Positions 53,191 through 61,666 of a stretch of 64,000 nucleotides of DNA are shown here, in pieces. The stretch lies in contig NW_005434610.1 of NCBI RefSeq assembly GCF_000315625.1, positions 359,698 to 423,697 on the forward strand. The letters are read 5' to 3'. Positions within the stretch are counted from its first letter, which is position 1; each line of letters starts with the position of its first letter. The DNA is from Guillardia theta CCMP2712. Its lineage: Eukaryota; Protista; Cryptophyta. The notes under the pieces are model-generated. The model was given only the letters and a program-made list of their open reading frames with translations. It searched no databases and had not been told where the DNA came from. The translations under genes and the position numbers were made by a program.

Positions 53191-54954
53191 AGTGCTGCTG
53201 CTGCTGCTGCTCCTCCTCCTCCTCCTCCACCACCACCATCACCAACTCCTCCTTCTCCTTCTCCACCACCACCACCACCTCCTTCTCCACCACCACCTCC
53301 TCCAGCTCTCCTCTTCCTGCTCCACCAGCTGCTGCATCTGTTCCTGCTGTTCCTCCTTTCGCTCGCTCACACCTTTGCTTCCTCTTCCTCAAGTGCCTCG
53401 TCTTGCTGAATCTCCTCCTTCTCCTCCTCCTCCTCCTTCTCCTCCTCCTCCTCCTTCTCCTTGCTGTTTTCCTTTTCCTCCTCCTTCTCCTTGCTGTTTT
53501 CCTTCTGCTCCTGCTCCTCCTACCCCTGTCACGCCTGCCCTGCTCCTGCTCTGCTCCTTGACAGAGTGAACAGAGTTCTTCCGCGAAGAGGACAGAGTGG
53601 GAGTTAAGGATAAAGACAACAGCTCAGGGGATGCGACGGAGGAGGACGTCTCAGTCGCAGGAGAGGAGGAAGAGCACGGGACGACGAGGAGGCCGGCCGG
53701 GCGGTGAGGCTCACGGGGGGTTGGGAGGGGGAGGAAGGAGTACAGGACTCCACCTGACAGACAGCAGGTCGGTGCTGGACACCGTCGGAGGGATCGGGGC
53801 GGAGGTGGAGGACATGGAGGACCCGAGGAGCGGGAGCATGTGAGTGGAGCCTAACCCCAGCTGGCAGCGAGCTGACTTCCCAGATCAGGCTCGCCTGCAT
53901 CAAGGGCGTCAGGAGGAAGTCGCCCGCCGAGGCAGCGGGGATCCGAGCTGGGGATCGCGTGCTGAGAGGTGCTGGCATCTCCACGTCCTCAGGCTCCTCA
54001 CTTGGTGCTGCAGTGGACGAGAAGAACGTGGATGGGATGGGAGCTTTCCTCGTCCGCTCCCTCCTCTACGGCCCCGTCAACAGCCGCCTCTCCCTCACCC
54101 TCCTCCGCCGTGCGGCCGACTCCTCGGGACTGGACAGGATGTAGGGCTGATTGCTGCTGCTGCTGCTGCTCCTCCTCCTCCTCCTCCTCCTCCCCCTCCT
54201 TCTTGTACTCCTCCTGCTCCTGCCGCTTCTCCTCTCTGCAATTTCCCTTCCCTCCTTTTCCTGCCCCTTGCTGAAATGTCGCAGATTTAAGGTGCAGCTT
54301 GTAAGGGATGCGGACCTCAAGCTCAATCTCGCTTCCAAGAAGCAGATCCATCGAGGTCCTGCGCCTGCTGCTGCTGCTGCTGCTGCTGCTGCGCCTGCTG
54401 CTCTTCCTGCTGTACTTTGACGTCCCTCACTCTTACGCCCTCGCAGACATCATCCTCAACATCGTGTCGGCGATGCGGCCGCACGTGTTCAGCGTCATGC
54501 AGGAGGAGGAAGCGCTCACTCCCTTCTACTCCTTCCCGGAGCTGCTCCACGTGACTTGCTCCATGACCCACAGGAAGCGGCCTGACTGCTCCTCTCCTCT
54601 CCTGCAGGCCCTCAAGGACGGCAGCGTAACCCGGCAGTCGCTCCTCCTCTGCCCGCAGCTCAACATCGACGTCTGGACTCAGATCACTCGCCTCCCCGAC
54701 GTCTGCATGCTCCTCGATTTCGCCAGGGAGGCGACCAATGAGGAGATGCGAGAGCTGACAGAGCACGGGGCGGTGAGAGTAAGAGGAGGAGGCTTGTTCC
54801 TGCTGCAGCTCACGCACTGCAGGTGGGGGAGGAGGAGAGGATGGACACGGAGACGGTGGAGCCGACGAGCCGGACACGATCGGACGGAGGTGAAGGAGGC
54901 TCGGTCTTGGACTCTGACTCGGCCTCAGTCTCCTCCATCATCTCCGGGGATTGA
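46104..54954 (+). CDS. Anoctamin/TMEM16-family protein with N-terminal TPR and PH domains and C-terminal C2 and PDZ domains
   Basis: TPR (DPNHVPTMNEYALF; DGAEALYQRSLRVDPQH). PH (SWKPYYFVMKGTSISFF...RDEWEKAI). TMEM16 motifs PLDEVVAYFSEEIAFYFAF, FLETWKRRQ, RENHKT, MFIQFG|YIALFSAAFSIAPLL, NNLVEVRLDA, MEH...DAPGWV. C2 (NTRVVEASPTLSWKE). PDZ (IKGVRRKSPAEAAGIRAGDRVLR|VDEKNV). Stop TGA 54952-54954. Confidence 0.85.
51054..51153. other. Assembly gap (100 N), intronic
   Basis: Run of N. Confidence 1.
52706..52945. repeat. Compound (CTGTC)n/(CCGTC)n pentamer array, intronic
   Basis: Alternating blocks of the two pentamers. The same CTGTC unit also occurs at ~7565-7596. Confidence 0.95.
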
Positions 54955-55008
54955 CGTCACTTGTCAAACTCTACTACAAGTACAACTTCAACAATATCTC
55001 ACATGTTG

Positions 55009-55245
55009 TCACATGATGCTGCAACATTTGTTCTTCCCTCGCAGCGTCTCCTCCTCCCCAGCAGGGTACGAGCTGACCTTCCCCTCCTTCACACCGGCTG
55101 GGGCAGGCGCAGCCACCTCCGTCCTCGTTACCACATCCGGGACGGTCTTGTACATCGCCTGCATGCTGATCAAACAGAGTACAAGGAGGAAGGAGACAAG
55201 ATCACCTGTACAATATTGGCTCTGCTATCCTCTTCCGCTTCCTCC

Positions 55246-55290
<45 letters not shown>

Positions 55291-57895
55291 GGCAAAGCAG
55301 CAGCAGTCTTTACCGTCGAGTCCCTCTCCCCTTCCTGCTCTCCTTCCACCTTCCCTCCCCTCCCTGAGCCAACCTCCCTCGGGATGCTGATCGACCGGGG
55401 CAACGGCTCCATGGAGATGTGAAGTCCTTCTTCCTGACTCGCTCGGGCTGATTCCACGCTCTCACTGTCGCAACTTTGCAAGTCCAGCGGGCCGAGGGAG
55501 GACGTGCTGGTGACAGCAGAGACAAGCCCCTCCTTCTCTTGCACGTCATGAGACTCGGTCGTCTGCTCCTGTGCCTCAACGTCATCGTCGTCATCGTCCT
55601 CGCTTGTGTCCTCATGCTCGTCCTCGCTTCTTTCGTCGTCCTCATTCTCGTCCTCCTCCTCCTCGCCCTCCCTCTCCCCCATGTTCGTTAAACAGTTATT
55701 CACATTCTGAAACGCATCCAGTCGCGTTACATGGTGTACACCTTCCACATTGCTTTCCTCAACTGGTTCCTCGGATACACTCCGGGACGAGAAAACTTCC
55801 AGGGCCCCTCGTACCTCAGCCTCGTCCGTCTCCTCCTTGTCAAGGATCGAAGCATCGGCATCCGTGCTCGCAGCTTGCAGACTAGTCCTGTCCTCACAGC
55901 TCCGCTCCAGCGACGAGCTGCTGTTCGTCCCCGAGCTCCTCCCTGCTCCCTGCGACATCGTCCGGTCCTCGTCCTGAGTCAGCGAGTGGGCCCCTGCTGC
56001 AACTCCAGAGCTCTCGCCTTCCTCAGAAGTCTCACTGTCCCCTGAAATCTGACTCCTGCACCTCGCCGTTAACCTTTGTTCCGAGCTGTACTCCCCTGCA
56101 CGCACAGTCGATCAGCTCTGACCGAACCAGACAAGCAGCCCTCTCAAGCCTCATCCCATCCCCATCTTCACCTCCTCCCGTCCTGCCTCTCACACTCCAT
56201 TCCAGCTTTTCTTTCCTCTCCCCTCGTCGTCAACAAGTCGTCACGAGTCTCACCGCAAATCTCCGAATGTTTCCGTTTCCTGCTCATCCTTCCCTCACTC
56301 CATATGTCCGTCGCTCCTCCTTCGCCGGAACCACTACCATCATGCGCACCTACACACGTGTCAGCAGCGTGTAAGTAGGAGTGCACAACTCACTTGTATC
56401 CAGCATCGTAGCCCGAGAGCCCGAGAGGGATTGGGCCGCAAGTCGATCCCCAAGGGCGTTGAGGTCCCGTGAGAAAGACTGCAGATCCTCTCCTGAGTTG
56501 CGGAGATGAGACCGTTCTGCATCATCCGGTCACCATGGGAGGCCAGCACATTTGAGATGCACCTGAGACGGAGTTCTCCGACAGCGCAAGACCGTTGTCA
56601 TCGTTGATCAGGTCGTCAAGTCCGAGCTCCGACTCTTGATCTACCATGTACGTGCTCTGCCTCGTGTAATCATCCAACCGGTCATCGATCGGGTCATCGT
56701 AAGATTCGTAGACATCCGACAACATGCTCGGTTGCAGCTGAAACCAACGATCGTATCAGCTCGGGCTTCAATACGAACGTCTCTCTCACCTCAAGATCAA
56801 AGTACTCTGACCAATCCGAATCGGCCATTGCGCCATAATCGTGCGAGGACCTTGGGGGAAGGTCGATGAATTGGTTGATTCTGCTAGGGTTGAAGGACAG
56901 GGGAATTCCTGCCGCTGAAGGGTGCTGGATCCTACGTCTCCTTTGCCTGCCATTCGAGCTCAGTCTCCATGGCCACCGAGAAGCTGAGCAGCAGCAGCAC
57001 AAGGATGTGCACCTTCGGTGGAGCGAGGAACCCGCGTGCACGTTTCTCCTTGCTGATTGGAGTTCTGAACTACCTCCATGACGCCGAGTCCTTCAGGTTG
57101 AAGAATTTCAGCACGGAAGCGCAAGTCTGCACCTCACCTTGGTATATACGATATCGACGACATGATTTCCTGCAGATTTGGCGTCCCGTTTCCACGATGC
57201 AGTATCCTATGCACGACTCTGTGCATCTCCCGCTCTGGCACGGGTATGGTAACGGTCCCTCGGAGCACGATCCTGCTAGATCGCATTACGCTCTCCTCCC
57301 CAGCAGTGGTGGGCAGCTCATCGTCGTTCTCCTGCCAGAAGGGTATCAGTCCTTGTCCTCCTACCATCTCCTCTCCCTCACCTGCTGCGGTGCAGCGAAG
57401 GCTGCTCCTGGGAACTTGACCACAAGGTAGATCACTTGCGACGGCGATTTGGAATAATCCGAAAGCCTCTTGGTATCTACCATCTCACACCCCGCCCTGC
57501 CCGCACCCAGTTGAGCAGAGTCGAGCAACATGCTCCAGCAGAACTCACGACATCAGCCGTTGGCTCTCAACGGCGATGGAGGTGGTGCTGGCGACCTCTT
57601 TCTTCAGCTCCGACACCTCGATGTCCGACCGGACCTGCACGCCTCGCCATCAGCAATGCACGCGACTGGGTCGCAGGGTGAGCACCTGAAGATAGAACTC
57701 CTTCTTGTCCAGAGTCTTCACCATCAGGTCCACATGTTCCGACATGAAGTCCTTCGATTCTTTGTACGATAGCCGACTTGGGCTGGCGGTATCCATGATC
57801 GAATCCATCCTGAAGAGTGGATGAGCATAAGGCGCGATTGCTTCAAGCATGTCCAAAAGCGAAATAAAAAACATTGTTTTCACTCCATTATACAT
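55009..57895 (-). CDS. Hypothetical protein with acidic disordered region and C-terminal CaaX box (multi-exon)
   Basis: Exons from MYNGVKTMFF/MSEHVDLMVK through acidic ORF 55170-56105 to terminal ...EEETLRGKNKCCSIM* (TGA 55009-55011). Start uncertain. Confidence 0.65.
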
Positions 57896-58334
57896 TTATG
57901 CATTCGGGTGATGGCATGAATAGCAACTTTCGCATCACATGTGCCTGAGAACTCTGCAGGGTTTGCAACATTTGTGGTCGTTCCAACATTTGTGGTCGTT
58001 CAAGGGGGTTGACAACAAACTCAACCACTTCAAGAGGCCATGACAGCATCTGACGTCACATGACAACAAGGTCAAACCAGCCGTCTCCTCATCATCTCAT
58101 TCAAGCAGCAATCATCAACACCTCATTCGCCCCGCACACATTTGTGGGGTTTTACCTGGGAATGGGTAGAGAGGAGAGAAGAGGGGGGAGAGTAGGGGAA
58201 GCAGGAGGGAGAGGAAGGGATGATGTGCAGTCTTGGCTTCTCCTCTTCGTTTATCGCGCTCCTCTTGCTGCTCCTCTTCCTCCTGCCGTACGCGCCATGG
58301 CGCCAGGTAAGGCAGCCGGCTGCATTGATAACTG

Positions 58335-58800
58335 GTCTTGTTCTGGAAGGGTAGGGGTACCACAGCGGTACCTTTGGCGCCAGGAGGTACCAGAATGTAC
58401 CCACCCTCTACGATGAAATTTGGCTCAAATACAGGGGTCTATTTGATTACTTTCTCGAAAAAGGGGGTAGTAGAACAGAGAGATGGGGTACACTATCCAC
58501 ACTGCAATGAGAGCAACCGACGGGGAAGTGGTAGGGTACTCAGCAATTGGGGTGGTCAAAGTACCCTAGAAAATTTCAATCATGTTTTGGAAAAAGAAGG
58601 GGTACTTTAGTACTTTTAGGATGTAGTGTCCAGTGGGGTAGGTGGGATGGGAACAAAAGGGGAATTCTATATCATATAAAATTTTGATGGGAAATCTTCA
58701 ACCCTACCCCCCTGTTTGAGCTAATCATGTTAGGAGATGTTCCCACCCCTGTTTAATTGCAATTGCCAAGTTTAATGAATTTTTATTGTAGTCAAACTAC
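58335..58800. promoter_or_regulatory. GTAC/GGGGTAG-rich tract in a divergent intergenic region
   Basis: About nine GTAC cores plus gggtaggggtacc, ggggtaggtggg, caaccctacccc. Confidence 0.45.
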
Positions 58801-58887
58801 CGCCCATGGCGAGCACCGTAGCTCCAGTTTTCTGCAAGGGAGAGGAGGAGGACTGAAGAGGAGGAGGAAGAGCGCGATCACACGAAG

Positions 58888-61172
58888 ATGGTATCAAACA
58901 GGGTAGATCATCATCCGCAGAGCGATTCTTCAGAAATGGCGGTAGCAAAGCGCCGGAGGCAACTTAGGCAAGGCTTCAGATCCAGCCATCAATGCCTCTC
59001 GACCTCGCTCTTGGTGCTCTGCGTCCTGTGTCTCCCTCAGGTCAGGGCCCAGCAGAAGATCTACTTTGGAGTGAACGCTCTCTGCACCAGCGACCAGAAC
59101 TGCACCGCCGTTGCAGGGCTCAAGTGTCTTCCGTACAGGTATCGAGACAATGACTACCAGGTCTGCCGGTGTCAGAACGAGAGCAGGGCAGGGATCAACT
59201 GCGTGCGAGACTGCCCGACGACCAACGGGAACCTGCCCATCTGCAACGCCCGGGGGGAGTGCAACTATCAGACGGCTATCTGTGCCTGCAACAACGGCTG
59301 GCAGGGTCAGAACTGCACCGCTGAGTGCCCTGGGGGCGAAGCCTCGCCGTGCTCAAGGCAGGGCGACTGCATGCCGTCGGGGGTAAACGGAGCTGTTTGC
59401 GCGTGCTACCCGGGCTTCCGGGGAGGCGATTGCTCGATCGAGTGCATCGGAGGAAGCAGCTCTCCTTGCCTGAACCATGGCTTCTGCGAGGCCGACGGGT
59501 CGTGCTCCTGTTACGGAGGATGGCGAGGTGCTGACTGCAGCATCGCTTGCCCTGGCGGCAGCGTGACTCCATGCAACGGACATGGTCTCTGCGAGGTTGA
59601 CGCGACCTGCTCTTGCTCCACCCTGTACCGGGGGACAGACTGTTGCTTCCGATGCCCGGACTACTTGGGGGTTGCGTGTGGAGGTGTGTAGGCAGTGACC
59701 TTGTTGTTTGCGAATTCTGAAATGTCGATTTCAAGGTCGTGGGTTCTGCCAGGTGCCCACGGGGGCAGTTTGCAACCAGGCCAGGCTCGACTCCAACATT
59801 GCCAAGTGCATCTGCAACAACGGTTTCCGTGGGGACAACTGTATGATAGAGTGCAAGGGAGGGTCGTCCAACCCTTGCTCGGGGCACGGGACATGTGGAG
59901 CCGATGGCTCCTGCACCTGCACTCTAGGATGGACAGGCTCTGCATGCGAGAACGCCTGTCCAGGTCAAGATCTCCCGTGCTCAGGGCATGGGACTTGTGT
60001 AGGGATTAATGTCACTGGCTGCTCCGTGGGGTGCTATCAAGTCAGCCCTACCTCCCCTCCCCTTTGCAACTGCCAGGCTGGAATTCAGGGCAAAATCTCC
60101 TACTACTATGGAGCTGATTGTTCACAGCCAGGCAAGTTGACGACGTTCACCTCGTCCCATCAGCATTCACGTTCGATGACGCTCAAGTGCAGGGTACAAC
60201 ACGCTATCGATGCCGAGCCTCATCTCCTCCTCTTCTCCCAGCGTCACCGTCACGTTCCGCGTGTCAGGAGCCACAAGGTCTTCCTTCGACTCAGTCCGAC
60301 AGACCGTCTTCATCCGTGTGCTCGCCACCACCGTCGCCTCCTCGGCTGCCAACATCTCGCTGGTGTCTTTGCAGGTATGAGGTGCCATGGCGGGAGAGCA
60401 CAGGGTGCTGAGGTCTGCCCAGGACGTGAAGCCTGCGGACTTTACTTTTGATGGCTCGAGCACCTTCACTTCAGGGGTTGGGGTGCAAACCAGTCAGATC
60501 CAGACTCCTTCGACCTTGACAAGCACGCCAACCATCCTTATCTCCCTGCAGCTGGCCGTAGTTGACAACCCGGCAGCAGACACCATGGTGAAGACGGTGA
60601 GGCAGGGTCGATCGTCCCCTGCTACCAGTAACGGCCCTCGTTCCCAGCTGAAGACTGTCGTCAAGGACGGGATCCTGGAGAAGGCGATGCACGACGAAGG
60701 CCTGACAGGTAGTAGCGGCTCAACTCCTCCTTGAACGAGGTCCGATGACCCTCCTTGTACAGGCATCACGCTGACTCTCGATGGAGTGATACCTTCCTTT
60801 TCCATGAGTCCATCGCCATGACTGCCTTGAGCAGGAGCCCGTCGCCCGAACTACCGTCACTAACGTCATATTCCGCCCATCGCCCAAGCTCCTGGCTGTG
60901 ATAGCCCCGGTCAGACCTTGCCAACAATCCTTGAAGTCTCCTCGCCTCGCCTCCTGACAGCAGTGCATGCAGATGCTGCTGTTCGGGGTGGTCGGCCTCT
61001 CCATCGGCCTCGTGGGCTTCCTGGTTCAGAGGAAGAAGCACATGGAGGCAACTACATCTTTCCTTCCATCCTGCTTCCCTCACTGACGTCTTGCCGTTGA
61101 CCGCAGGAGAAGAAGATGGTAGACATGTACATCAAGAGAATCGCTTCCTCGGCATCACAGCCAGGGCAGTAG
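58888..61172 (+). CDS. Type I membrane protein with tandem EGF-like (tenascin/laminin-type) repeats
   Basis: Hydrophobic signal (LLVLCVLCLPQVRA). Repeats of C-x-GHG-x-C...C-x-C-xx-G[WF]-x-G-xx-C. S/T-rich stalk. TM MLLFGVVGLSIGLVGFLV. Tail ends ...SQPGQ* (TAG 61170-61172). Confidence 0.85.
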
Positions 61173-61666
61173 ACCGTCAGAGTTGGTTCAGTTTAGCCTT
61201 GTACGGCGATTCCCGTGGAATTCCTACTCGTTCCTTCCCATGGCTCGTTTGCAGCCTGATCCTCGCCAGTTGTACCCTGATAGTTTAATCCACACGCGGT
61301 GGCTTCCGTGTTTGTGAAAACGCTCTTTCATCCTTGCTGCCTCGTTTGCTGCCTCGTTGGCTGCCCGTTGGCCTCCTAGTCCGACCAGGTCGGGTGATCT
61401 CAATGGAACGGCTGGATGACTAGTGCGCTGAGTAGCTGTGGAGCACTGATCAAGGAACGAATGGCACGAGTCAAGGTGTGTTCGAACAAGGAAGAGACTT
61501 TGAAGGGGAGCAGATGCTTGAGCAAAGATGGAGGGAAGGAAAAAGGTTGAGATATCATCGGCATCGTTATGAAGAAAGAAACTGTTTACTATTGTTGTTC
61601 TCCAACGTGAACAGAGAAAGCTTTCGCCCAGAATAAGATGCAAGCACAACAGAGAAGAACCTGACA

